Assembly (NCBI GenBank): GCA_964106915.2
Contig: OZ066916.1
Length of the DNA stretch: 64,000 nucleotides
Source: Podarcis gaigeae
Taxonomy: Eukaryota
Reading direction: 5' to 3' (one strand)
Shown: positions 25,501 through 40,949 of the stretch, piece by piece
Numbering within the stretch: the stretch's first letter is position 1
How the letters are laid out: the number at the start of each line of letters is the position of its first letter
Made by a program: the position numbers and the translations under genes
Notes under the pieces: model-generated
What the model saw: the letters and a program-made list of their open reading frames with translations, nothing else
What the model was told of the DNA's origin: nothing
Databases searched by the model: none

Positions 25501-28153
25501 AGGCAAGAATTTTTCTGTGTATGTATGTAAAGCAAAACTCAATTAAAATTATTTAAAAAGAATGGGCTTGTCCTGTGTTGTCGCCATTTGTAGAATGTGT
25601 TTTCAAGGGAAACATGTCTGGCACTGTCATTGTCAATTTTCAGAAGCTAGGCAAAGCATTGTTGTTCCCCTAGGCTTTTAAATTGTTAAATAGGATCATA
25701 CTAGAGTCTGATTTAGGGGTTTTATTTGGCAGGGTAGGCTTTGTCCCAGCAGTATTGTTGGATGAATACTTTTTACATAAAATGTGCACTTTTGTTGCAT
25801 TTTCTTGATGTATTTGTTTTTTAAAATGTTTGTTAATTTTGTTGCTTTGAGTCACTCTTTGTGTAGAAAGTGACAAATAAATGCTGCTGATGACTGTAAT
25901 ATTCCCATGGTTAGCAAGACCTGGATAAATTAGACAAATGCATTTATTTTTACATAATTTAAAGCTACAGTATTGAGTTGGTTCAATCCTGCCTGCAAAG
26001 TTCTTGAAAATAATCAGCGTCTATTCGAAGGGCTGCAAGTATAGCTGTTACTTCCTCTTACTTCTGGCAGGGCGTTTGTACTGTCCTCCTAAGGTATCTG
26101 TTCAGTCCAGTCCTCTCCATAAGTGGCTGGAGCCCTGGCTCATCCTAAAGGGGACTGGACTTCCACCCTTTCTCCAATCCCAAAACTGCCATTAACCACC
26201 TCCATGACCATAACTAGATATGAATCTCTTTAGATTTTTTTTTTTTTAAGTCAGTGTACCCAAGCGGTATAAATAGCCTAAAGTGCGGCAGGGCCCATGG
26301 TGTATGGTAACTGTTCAGTGTAGTCTGGCAGCTAGCCAGACCCTTAGATATTTATCATCCTCTATATATAAAACTGATTTTGCACAGCATCTTGAATTGT
26401 AGAGAAAAAGGTTAGAAGCTCCCCTACCCCAATAACAAATTCCTTTGACGTCTCTCCTGATATATTTCAGAGCTGATCTTGTACAAGGCTTTCAATAAGC
26501 CTTTCTCATACAATCTTGCATGGAAATAGACTTCACTGCGCTCCAGTCTACCTGACAGCCCCATTTAACTGGCATATATCTTGAGAACTGGTGTTGCCAG
26601 CCAGAAGGGAGAGGCCTAGGTTATCAGCCCAGTTCGGCCATGATTGTCTAGGGCACATCCTAATTCCTCATGTAAAACTGCTCTTCATATGTAAACGTTG
26701 GTAAATATTGATTTAGTTCATACAGCTGGAGTTTAATAAACTGTTCATTAGTACAGATTAGACATGGCAATCTATACAAAACTTGCAGTGAAAGATCACA
26801 TTTCAATATCCACACAGTCCAGTGAGGATAGAGTTATAAAATGGTTTTAAACTTGTTCCCTTCAATGTATACTGTATATTGTATTTTGTGAATGTGGTCC
26901 AACTACGCTGAGCTTTAGCAACTGATTAACACCTTGAACCAGCCTGCTAATTAATATGTTTTTCCTGTGATACCTCCCTGATCCTAATACTTAGAAGCAA
27001 ATCACTGATGTCAGTAAAAAACATCCATCTGATGTCTTTGTTAGTAACGTGGCATTGTTTGCCACTGCAAACACAAGAGGTACAGTAATTCTGGGGTAGA
27101 CAGAACAGATCAAAAGAGATTTTCTATATGTGTCCTAATCCAATTTTAAACACTTTCCTGTACAATAAACCCATTTGTTTCCATTCCTGTTCCCAATGTG
27201 ATCTTAGAATCCTATACTGGAAGAATGCGAGTTCATGAAATGTGCCCTACATCGGATTAAAATTAACCCACAACAAAAGCGTGTGATCTTATGAATGAGC
27301 CCTAGACCACAATAAGTGATCCTGAATGAAGGGATATGATACAAGAGCTCTAAAAAGTAGCATTAGTCTAAGAAAAAAGGGTGTGCTTGTTTATGTGGTT
27401 TCAGACAGGAGAGATGTGTTAGCGGCCCGATTTAAGAAAACGAAAAAACCAAAGTTACGCTCCTTAAGGCTGTAATCCTACCACACTAACCAGGGAATGA
27501 GTTCCTTCCCAGTAAGCATGCACAGGTTGACCCCAACCTTGTTCACACCTTGCACCAAACACAGGTACAAGCGTATGTGAAAGAATGTACACGTGAACAA
27601 GTCGGTACAACTGTTTCCGTATGCAGGTTACACACTCATTGAATGCGACTGTGAACACCCTTACAGTAAAAAGTACTTGAGTTTAGCACGGGTCCAAACC
27701 TATCTTGGGCTCCCTGAACAGCTAAGGCGGCCCTGCTCCGAGTCCTGGCCCGCCCTGACTTACCTGGGAGTAAAGCCTATTGAACAAAACAGGCCTGTTT
27801 GCTGGCCAATTCCCCATCCCGCTCCGCAGGCGGGACGAGGCTGAGCGAGGGGGGTCCCAGAGCCGCTGCTGGCCAGCTCCTTCCCGGCGCGGCCGAGAGG
27901 GAAACGCGGTGGGCTGGACAGGCGCGTAGGCCGCAGCCTCGCCTCCCCTCCCGCCCTCAGCCCCGGGCCGCTTCCTTCCTCCCCATTTTCCTTCCTTCCT
28001 TCCTCCCCTCCTTCCCGGGGCCTGCCTGCCCGGCACCCCCCTCCCCGAGCCGGGGGCTTCTTTCTCCTTTCAGGGCATGGCGGCTCGGGGGACTATTTGG
28101 GACAGGAGCTCTCCTGGCCCGGGGGGCGGAGGAGGTCCCGGCCGGCAGACACT

Positions 28154-28350
28154 CCTTATACGGCCCGGCCCGTGTTACCTGGGCGCGGGCCAGGCGCTCC
28201 TTCTTTGGGCAGCCCCGCGGCAGCGCAAGGGGCCTGGGGGGCTCCGGCCAGGCCGCCCGGGCTCGCTCGGTGCCCGACACCCAAATATGGAGACATTCCT
28301 GTGGGTCGGCGGCAAGGGAGGGAAGAGCCCGGCCGGGAGCCTATATAAAA
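28154..28350 (+). promoter_or_regulatory. ACTA1 proximal promoter: three CArG/SRE boxes, M-CAT and TATA
   Basis: CCTTATACGG 28154-28163, CCTTCTTTGG 28199-28208, CCAAATATGG 28281-28290, CATTCCT 28294-28300, TATATAAAA 28342-28350. This is the known skeletal alpha-actin promoter set (SRF/YY1, TEAD). Confidence 0.92.
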
Positions 28351-28372
28351 CCCACCGGGCTTCCTCGCAAGC

Positions 28373-28436
28373 CCACCGAGCTGTAAGAGCTGGGAGAAGC
28401 AGCAACCGGAGCTAAGAGCCAGGAACCAACCCGAAG
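28373..28436 (+). other. ACTA1: ACTA1 non-coding exon 1 (start approximate)
   Basis: Begins ~30 nt after the TATA box; strong donor AAG|gtgagg at 28436/28437. Vertebrate ACTA1 has an untranslated first exon. Confidence 0.7.
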
Positions 28437-30318
28437 GTGAGGAGCGGGCGGGCAAGGGGGATGGATCCGGGCAGGACCACATGATGTGGGGGGAACTCCC
28501 AGCCACGCGGCCCGGGGGATACCCGGCAGAGGGAAGGTGGAGACATCGCAAAGCCAGCCCGGAAAGGAGGGAGCCTTCCAACTCCTCTCCGGTGCAAAGC
28601 AGAAATGGGCAACAGGGAGCAGAAAGCAGCTGCATCCAGCCTTCTCCGCCTGGCGTTCTTCAATTGCCACTGCTATTTAAAATAAAAAAAAAGTTTTTTT
28701 ACATTAAATTATAAAAGAGATCCTGCCTGCATCCAGCCTTAGTTTAAACCAACCCGGGAGCAAGCTTTCAATTTATGCATAATCTCTCACTTGGCTTAGG
28801 CTGCTACTGAGACTTGTGAAGATTCTGACACACACGCTCATATGTAAGATGGAATTATCCGTAGTCTGCGGAGTCCCACGGCAAGGATCTCTGAGATGCG
28901 GGCTCAGGGTTTGACTCTGCCACCCAAGGAACTCTTGTGACTTTCAACAAGTCGCTGCTGGCCACTTGGAGGGGACTCTGAAGGAGAGGGGAGGCTAGAA
29001 CTGACAGCTGCCCAGTTATAAATTGCGTGGGATGAACAAATCCACTTCTCACTTGGAACATAAATGGTTCCATTGGTATTTATCATTAAATTAGAAGGGA
29101 TTGCCTTGGCTTTGAAGGACCCAGCCCTTTTATTACCGTGTTTTATATTACTGAATGAATGGTAATTTTACTGAGTGTTAGGCACAGGGTGTTGAGCTAC
29201 AAAGGACAGGAACCGTTTTATTTGAAGGATGATTTTGGGTTATTCTTTTTTCATCCTTTGCTTCCCTAATTCCTGAAGGTTTCATACACAGAGAAAGGGC
29301 TTACCCAGTTGGAAGCCTCTGTTACACCAAGTCGGAATCTGTAGGGTGTAGCTAGTCCTGAAGAAAGTCAGGGGTCCCCTTGTCCCCAGGACAATGGACA
29401 ATCCATCATTTGCAGCACTACAGCTCAGAGTGGTTAGTGCTGCCTGGAAGTACAGGTATGCCCAGAAGGTTTCTCAAGGAAGCAAGCCTTCAAGCTTTTC
29501 CTTGCAAACCGTATATTCCACAAGGGAAAATATCCCCTATTTTGTGAGTTGTTGCACGCTGTGTCATGCTGTTCAGATTGTGTGACAAGGTTTGGGTTAT
29601 CTCCATTGAGATGTAAAATGGACCAACTTTATTCAACTTTGTCACTCTCTGAAAGTGCTAGTCACTTTAGACATGTGCCAAAAGTTTGGGGGTGATGCCT
29701 TTGCTAAAGCTCTTCAGCATACTTCTAATTCCAGGTACAAGAGCATAATACTTTGTATATTAGCATCTTAATATGGGGATCTACAAGTGGGTGGCCTGCA
29801 CATGTTTTAAGCGGGAGTTTTATTTAAATTAGATTTTTCAAAGTGTACAGCTCCAACCCTAACCACATTTACTATAGACCAAGTACCACTGAATTCAGTA
29901 GAGCTTCCTTATTCAAAATGTGTTGGGTTGCATTGTAAAGCCTAACCTATTACTCTGGAAGTCACTGGAGACAAATGGGACTTCATCCTAAGTAAATGTG
30001 ATTCAGTTTCTCGACCCCAATAAGTTCATCTAACTGTGCTGAAGATTCAGCTGTTACTTGGTGTTTCAGTTTGCAGATCTTTATTAACAATAAAGTAAGC
30101 AGGTAGAAGGGGAACAGAAAATACTGTAATCTACTTTGTGGCCAGCGTAAGAACTGCTTTCTCCAGATTGATGGCCTATACTCCCCCACCATGGGGGAGA
30201 CCCCCCTGTCAGACTTCCATAGATAAGAATTCTGCCTGTAGCCTCTAAGCTTTTGTGAGTGGATGCCTGCTGCCTGGTTGCCTCTTGTGAACTCTTCTTG
30301 CTTCTGCTTCATCTCTAG

Positions 30319-33886
<3,568 letters not shown>

Positions 33887-34154
33887 ACATGTTTACAAAA
33901 AAAAGGATCATTATTATTACTTGGTTACTACTCTCAGGATGACGACATTGTGAGTTGCAGGCTGTTGAACACCTGCAACAGCCACCTCAACGTTCTATTT
34001 TGTAACAATGTCTTTGTTGCTGTTGCTGCAGACGCCATGTGACACTGAGTGTATGTAAAGTGTACATAAAATTAATTTATTTTACCTCATTTTGTTATTT
34101 TTCAAACCAAGCCCTGTGGAAGGAAACCAAAAACAAAAAAATACTTCAAGAAGC

Positions 34155-34160
34155 ATTAAA
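34155..34160 (+). terminator. ACTA1 polyadenylation signal (ATTAAA variant)
   Basis: GAAGCATTAAA ends a 3'UTR block that resembles the mammalian ACTA1 3' end as I recall it. GT-rich sequence follows downstream. Confidence 0.75.
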
Positions 34161-34764
34161 TCATCAGTCATTCTGTCATGCCCCAATGCAGCTGGCTTCG
34201 TGTGATTTATTGCTCTCAAATGCTGTGGGTTGTGCTATTTCAAGCCTTCTGGCTTTTTTTTTGTCTTTCAAGTAGTTGCAATACATAAATGGGATGGGGA
34301 GGTGCTTTAAAAAGGGAACCCATATGATAATGATTTGGGATTCTATAAAGAGATTTTGATTTCCAGAAATCCACACACACAGTTTCTGTGAAGAGGGTAT
34401 GCTTAAAATATACACAGAGCTGCTATTACAGATGGCTTGGTCAGACTGAGTGATTAACCCCAGGTCACCCAGTGATAGCTAAGCAGGGATTTTAATTCAT
34501 ATTCAAATCTCATGCTCTCAGTCTGTACCACACTGGCTCTCAGGAGTGTTGATGGAAAGAGGAAATTCTTTCTAAATAAGAAAAATAATTTCAGTTGCAT
34601 TATTGTGTTTCTAAAGAAACCTAGTTTCTGTCCTCACAATCAAGTTTTACAAAGATGCATAACATTCATAACAGACCCAGTTGTTTCCTTGCATTGTACG
34701 AACTCCATAACAAGATAAAAGTTGTTTTCCTGCAGAATTCAGAGGCACTGTTTAAGGATATCCA

Positions 34765-34950
34765 CAACTGCCTTATTACTAATTCAGACTAATGGCCCAT
34801 ATTCTTGCCTATCTGTATTGCTGGAGAGTTTCCACCAAAGATCTGTCCAAGAGTCCTGCTATGCGAGATCCTTTAGCTAGAGATGCCTGGAATTAAACCT
34901 GAGATATTACATATGCAAAACATGTGCTGTGCCACTCAGCTATGGCTCCT
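34765..34950 (-). mobile_element. Old Squam3-like SINE
   Basis: Reverse complement reads ggagccatagctgagtggcacagcacatgttttgcatatg...caggtttaattccaggcatctc, similar to the head at 46500. Confidence 0.6.
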
Positions 34951-37900
34951 TCAATTACTGGGTGTCAAACCTAACTGAGCCAAGGACCTAAAATACCCCA
35001 GAGGGCAGGACAGATTAGCACAGCACACTTGGTGTGCAAAGGGACTTGCAGCTCCCAGCTGTTCTTTTCTTTACCATACCCTCTAAAGGAATTGCATTAG
35101 ATTCTCGCTAATGTTTTCTGGGCTACCACTCAGTTGGAAAGAGTCTGAAGGTCATCTGGTCCATTTTACTTCAGCCAAACGCCTGCCACATCCCAAGGGC
35201 TCAGAGCAGGTTACAGTGTGGTATCATAAAACCATTTCCTGTTTGGAAGACCTGCAGTCTAAAGGAGTTTAAAACGGAAATCACTTGCACTTTTGGCTTT
35301 ACTAAAGGGAAACTACTTCCTGACCTGACAGCCCAGGCCTCCATTTCCATCATTCCCATTCTCTGGATTCTTAGAAGCATTTCCATCCTCCCCGAGGCAG
35401 CGCAAACTTGCCTGTCCTTTGTACCTTTTCATCTCACCCATCTACCTACCTCGCTCTTGCACACACACCCCTCTTGGCAAAGCCTGGTATAATCTAAACC
35501 TGTCTTGGCTTCCCAAATCACATCCCACACATGGATCTGTGACTGACCATCCATAGATGGCTGGGGCCCACCACTACCTTCAGCATCTTCCAAGCAGGTG
35601 AAACAGGCTTTGAAGTATCCACAAGGAAGCACAAAGATGGACTGAGCCCAGGTGGGAGCAAGCAGACTTGCGGAGCCTTCGCAGAAATCCTGCTCCCATC
35701 TTCCTTCCAGGGCAAGTGGGCAGTCCTTGCATGGTGATGGGATCCCTGGCAGCTTAGCCCCACTGTATGTCAAAAGCAGAGAGCAGGTGCAGACCAGAGG
35801 CCCCTTGCCAGAGGAGACTAACACAAGGACACATTCAGTAAAACAAGCTCAGATCATCAGGCTTGGTAATGAATCAAGCCAGCTTTCTCAGATGCCTTGC
35901 TGGAAATGCTGCAAACGACAGATGTCTCGATGACACAGGGTGGGAAAGGTGATACTTTCGTAAGGCTGTGCGCCTTTTGCTCTCTTTTCAGCAACAGTGG
36001 GAGCAGTTGCAGAAGCTGGACGGGATTCCTCCCATACAAGCCCCACACAGAACTTCGGGAGCAAGAAACAAGAACAAAATCCGACCTCTTCTGCAGTTCA
36101 TAGAATTGTAGAGAGTTGGAAGGGACCCAAAGTGTCATCTGTTCCAAACCCCTGCAAAGCCCCTCCATTGAAACCCATGCAGGAGATGTTCCCAGTGACT
36201 TTATTCTTGGGGTGGGTGTGAAATAAGTAGATCTAGCCCATGGGTCCTCCTCATCTGACCTACTTTCCCCAACCCGTGGCAATTTAGCTTAAACAACAGC
36301 TTCCCATTGGAGCCAGCAGGAATTTTAATGGGGGAGTGGAGCTCAAGAGGAACCCTCCAGTGCTGAAAATAGAATGAAAAAAGAAAAACTCCTGGTGGCT
36401 TCAACGGGAGGCTGTTTTCAAGCCCAGTTGCGTCAGAGGGGAACATTTGGGAGGGTCACAGCTGGGGAAAAAGTTTGTGCATTCTTGGGAAGCAACATAC
36501 AGTGTAAACCGATGCCGGTGACAGATAATGGAATGTGATTCTATTAACCGGGCAACACGTACGTCAGACAAGCTGACCTTGGCAAACTGGAAGGGAGCAG
36601 AACTGAGGAATTTGGTGCTTCACAGGGCAATTGTAAGGATTGCAAGAAGAAAATGCATGGGAAGTGCTTTGAACACTTGAAAGCTCTATACAAATATAAC
36701 AATAATGACTGCTGTTACTATTCCTACTATTCCTGAGTTTTACTAGGGTGTCCCATTCTCCTATATCACAGGGCTGATATGAGCGCCAAATGTCTCTTCC
36801 TGGGCTTCAGAGAATTTACAGGCTGAACTTGGTGAAGACCTATTTATCCAGCTTGGAACAAAAAACAGAAATGTTTTCAATTGTTTCTGGGGATGTGCAG
36901 AGAGTGGGCACCTGTTGTATGTTGACAGGCCTGCTATTCCACAGAACAGGGGCAGCCCTGCTTCTGGGATCTTTGGAACATGCAGGAGAAACCCTCCTGC
37001 AGACCGCAGGGCTCTTCTCTAAAGTATTCCAAGAGTGCTTTGCAAATATATGTCACCGGCTTCCTGTCAACATGCGGAATGCTTATTTCACAAGTCAGAT
37101 ATAGCAAGGCGGCAGGGCTTTTAAAAATAGAGAGGCCTGGCTTGCAGACCATAAAATGCAGCTCCCAAGGAAAGCTGCCTGCCGCCTGCTTTCAAAATTT
37201 CATTGTGCAAATCTTCACATTATCCGGATAGTTGCCGTACATCCAGCGCACGTGTAAATCCATCCTATTTCAGGGAGCAATGTCTTCAGAATCAGACCCT
37301 GCTTGCCCCTCTCGGTTTGGCTTGCCCCCTTCTTGTGGCCCCAGACTTCCTTGAAGTCAACCTGTGCTTATTGGTGGACCATAGAACTGCATAATCTTCC
37401 TGCTATTCCTATCACCCTTCCTGAGTCTGGAGGGCATTGCTGGTTGAAGGGATATATATGGAAAGGAAGGAAGGTGCCTTCAGCCCAGTGCCTTTCTTCT
37501 TGAAAAAAAAACCCCATGAAGTTGTTACAGTGAGTGCCAGACTTTTAACCAGTGCTTTGCTTCGGGGGGGGGGGGGGAGGTGCCAGTACTGCATCCCTCA
37601 GAAAAAAGCACTGGTGGTGGTTATTGGTATGGTAGCATGGAAGGCTAACAGTGGCTGGAGCCAGAGCCAAGGACAGGCAAGCAAAGTAGTTCTTGGTGGG
37701 GGTTTTTTGTCCCCATGCTCCTCCCTGCTGTGTTCTGCAAGGAAAATCTGGAGACTAAGAAGGAGCCACCCCTTGGACCGGTTGTGTGTAAGAAGGCAGG
37801 CAGGTTGGGGGGTGCTTGTGGTTGAATGGATCAGCTTCCACTGTGTGCAACATCTATGGAAGGTCCACAGGTCAGTGGCAGAATGGCCTACTTGCATTCA

Positions 37901-38361
37901 GAAGGCCTTGAGTTCAGATTCTGACTCCTCCAATTGAAATGATCAGAGTTGGCTTCATCAGGACCAGGAGGAGCAAATCACATCGCCTGTCGCAAGATCC
38001 ATTTAGAAACAAACCAGAGCCCACGCTGAGCCAGTGCACACACTACGGATGAATTCAGCGTAGCACTAAGGAAAACGTTCTGTCAACATAAGAATTCCGC
38101 TTGACTGGCAAAACGATCTCCCCTTTCCTCTCTCTTGCACGCTGTTCTGGGGGTTCCCACAACCTTCCAGAGCAGATCGGGGGGCGTGCGTGCGGCTGCA
38201 CTGGGAGAGGAGAGTGAGGGGAAGCTCCGTTGTGCTAGGAACAGTCCTTGGGCTAACATTCACTAACGGTTACAGATAGGTAGCCGTGTTGGTCTGCCAT
38301 AGTCAAAACAAAAAAAAATTCCTTCCAGTAGCACCTTAAAGACCAACTAAGTTAGTTCTTG

Positions 38362-38399
38362 GTATGAGCTTTCGTGTGCATGCACACTTCTTCAGATAC
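38362..38399 (-). ncRNA. Minimal type I hammerhead ribozyme motif, - strand copy
   Basis: Reverse complement GTAT-CTGAAGA-A-GTGTGCATGCACAC-GAAA-GC-TC/ATAC, with an intact G-C pair at the base of helix II. Confidence 0.78.
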
Positions 38400-38437
38400 G
38401 TATCTGAAGAAGTGTGCATGCACATGAAAGCTCATAC
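38400..38437 (+). ncRNA. Minimal type I hammerhead ribozyme motif, + strand copy
   Basis: GTAT-CTGAAGA-A-GTGTGCATGCACAT-GAAA-GC-TC/ATAC. Helix I is GTAT:ATAC; helix II closes with a G.U pair; predicted cut after 38433. Confidence 0.72.
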
Positions 38438-38520
38438 CAAGAACTAACTTAGTTGGTCTTTAAGGTGCTACTGGAAGGAATTTTTTTTGTATTCACTAAC
38501 AGAACTGAGTAGCCGAATCT

Positions 38521-38732
38521 GGCCCTATACCTTTAAAGTCTAGTCGAAACACACTGCCCACCTCAGAGAATTCTGGGCACTGGGCACACTCCTCTCTTGT
38601 TTGCCAAAGCAGTTTGTTAAGGGTTGCTGGGAATTGTAGCTCTATGGGGAATAAGCTACAGTGCCCAGAATTCTTTGCAGGGGAGGAATGTTTCTTGAAT
38701 GTGCTTTCAAGTTATAGTGCGTATATGCAGCC
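38521..38732. mobile_element. Degenerate palindromic non-autonomous DNA element
   Basis: Internal inverted repeat agaattctgggcactg / cagtgcccagaattct, plus a tgtagct...agctaca hairpin. Boundaries approximate. Confidence 0.5.
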
Positions 38733-39236
38733 TGAGTCTCCAGGATAGGGAAACAGCCTCTATGGAAACCAATAGGTCGTAAGTTGAAATCTAAGGCTCT
38801 TCTGGGATATTAGCTTGAATAAAAAGGAATTTACCACATACAAAGGCTCTAAGCTCCTGAACTTTCTGCTGGGCCACTGTTTAGCTGGAGGTCTCAAGTC
38901 TTCTTTGCACAAGGGAATTCTATATGAAAATCACTTCCCCCTCCTGGGGCAACCACCAAGCTGTTACTGTGTTGATGAGAATCTGAGTGTTGAGAACCTT
39001 TCTGTGGATTGAAACCTTTCAACAACAAAAAAAGATACCTGAGGATTACCAGAAGTTCTCTGTTACATGAAGACCTTTGGCAACATTGCAGTTCATACTG
39101 GATTACCATAAGGCTCTGTAGGTTATAGAGGCAGCCTCAAAACTTTTATTTCAGAGTAGTTTAAATATAGTAGCCAATACAGTATATTTGCCTTCATAGT
39201 AGATTGCTCTTTCAGAGCCAAACTAGATGATAATTT

Positions 39237-39744
39237 TGTACACCACCCCCGTTTCCAACTGGGGCACTGTTTCAAGGGTTCCAGGCGCTTACCAAGAATT
39301 TGTGTTTCTTTTGGAATGAGGGGCAGCGGAGACTGTGGTGTCTTTATGATATATGGTTTATTTACACATAATACAACTTGAGCCTACAATGGAGGGGCTC
39401 ACGGCATCAACACCCCAAGATGGCCTTGCTTCTCCCATAGCTACAACCTTGGATTCAAGCAGAAATCAGGCATGGCTCTGTCTCTCGCTCTGGCTTCCCT
39501 GCCTGCACCTTTGCTTCTAGCTTCTAGCTCACACACCTTAACTCTGCCCTTTGTCTTTCTAAGTACCAGCAAGTTTTGGGGGAGGAGGGGAGCATTTGTC
39601 TTCTGGCTACATCCTTTGTTTCTTAGGTACCTTTGTTAACCATACTAAGGCCATTAACTCATCATTCCATGAATTGAATCTGTGCTGAATCCAGGAATTT
39701 GTAGGGGGTTCAGGCATACAGCCCACCCACCCCCATTTATAACA
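39237..39744 (-). mobile_element. Possible solo LTR (~510 bp)
   Basis: TGT...ACA ends, minus-strand AATAAA near 39357-39362, imperfect 4-bp flanks attt/atat. Confidence 0.4.
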
Positions 39745-40949
39745 ATATGTTAGTTCATCTGATGCAGCTACTTGGGGCAGAAAAATGTATTGGCCGAACC
39801 AAAGAGTCTGTGTACATGTTCATGCAAGGCAAGGAAGAAAGCAGGTATGTGCCATTGCTAGTGCCTGATGATGTATACTTGTTTGATTCAGTTGCAAGTT
39901 TTAGCCCTGGCGGAGTTATATCAGAAGAGTGTACATTGCTGTTTGAGGTGCCTAACCCATGAAGCTGAAAGGTTTGCACTCTTCCCAGTAACAAAACAAC
40001 ATTTCAGCCACTCCACTTGGATTAACAACAGCAAAGGTTGTTTTTATCATCATCAAGCCCCACCTCCAAGATAAATTGGGATGGTGGCCATAGCTAGAAG
40101 GGGGCTGGACACCAGGTGAAGGAATACAATGGGAACATTTACTGGGAATCTGTCTTCACTGTGAGCTACCATTAGCACTTTTCTATTTTGGGAATACAGA
40201 GTGAGCTTCATAGGGGGGTGTCCCATACGTGACAGCTGATCAGACAGAGACGCTGAGTGGGGGATGCCATTTAGCATTACAGAGCACTGAGGCCGCAAGC
40301 CCAGAAGGGAACAGATGTGCAAGATTTGTGGTCATCACTGATGAATGGCTGGATGTTATACAGACCAAAAAGAACCAGACTGCAAGGTTGCCTGTGCTGG
40401 AAAAGGGCAGGGATGACTGAACTCTAAAGAGTGATCCATGTTCCTTTTAACTGCGGCAGCGCCTGCTTTTTCTGACTCTACACTTCTGAGGGTTTGAAGT
40501 TTTGGCTTATGGCAGAAGACCTTACAGGCCATAGTCACATTAATAAGAAGAGCTTGCTGCATCAGGCCAATGGCCCATCTGGTCCAGCCTTCTTAAATAA
40601 GAACCTCTGCTTTCAAGTTGTACCGGAATGGAGAGGAAAGCAGGTGCTGGTGGTAGGATCCTTGGGTTCAACTGACATCACGGTCAACAGAAAGGAAATG
40701 GGTATGGTGATTAGAATGTTGGAGGACAAGTGGAGTGAAGCCATGAAGCTGGGATTGGGACTGCCCATAAAGGTACCCTAAGGCAAGGCCACAACCGTGT
40801 GCTATGGAATCCCAGAATTATGCTCCAGCGTTCTTTGCGACCATTTGAGTGATCCTCAGTTGCACCTGCTGGACTGCATGCTTCTTCACTGGCACACCTA
40901 CAAACATGGCCACTTGGGGAATGCTTGTATTGTCCGGCCAGGGCTTGGA

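Larger units (their letters stand above)
27720..28660. promoter_or_regulatory. CpG island over the ACTA1 promoter and exon 1
   Basis: Abrupt GC- and CpG-rich segment within an AT-rich background. Confidence 0.85.
38268..38490. mobile_element. Penelope-like element (PLE) terminal fragment, inverted head-to-head, with 10-bp TSD
   Basis: ATTCACTAAC is duplicated at 38258-38267 and 38491-38500. Palindrome centred at 38399/38400 with hammerhead motifs in both arms. Confidence 0.82.

Noticed and set aside
27722-28714. Many overlapping ORFs (up to 195 aa) on both strands
   Set aside because: Low-complexity Arg/Gly/Pro/Ala ORFs caused by stop-codon scarcity in the ACTA1 CpG island.
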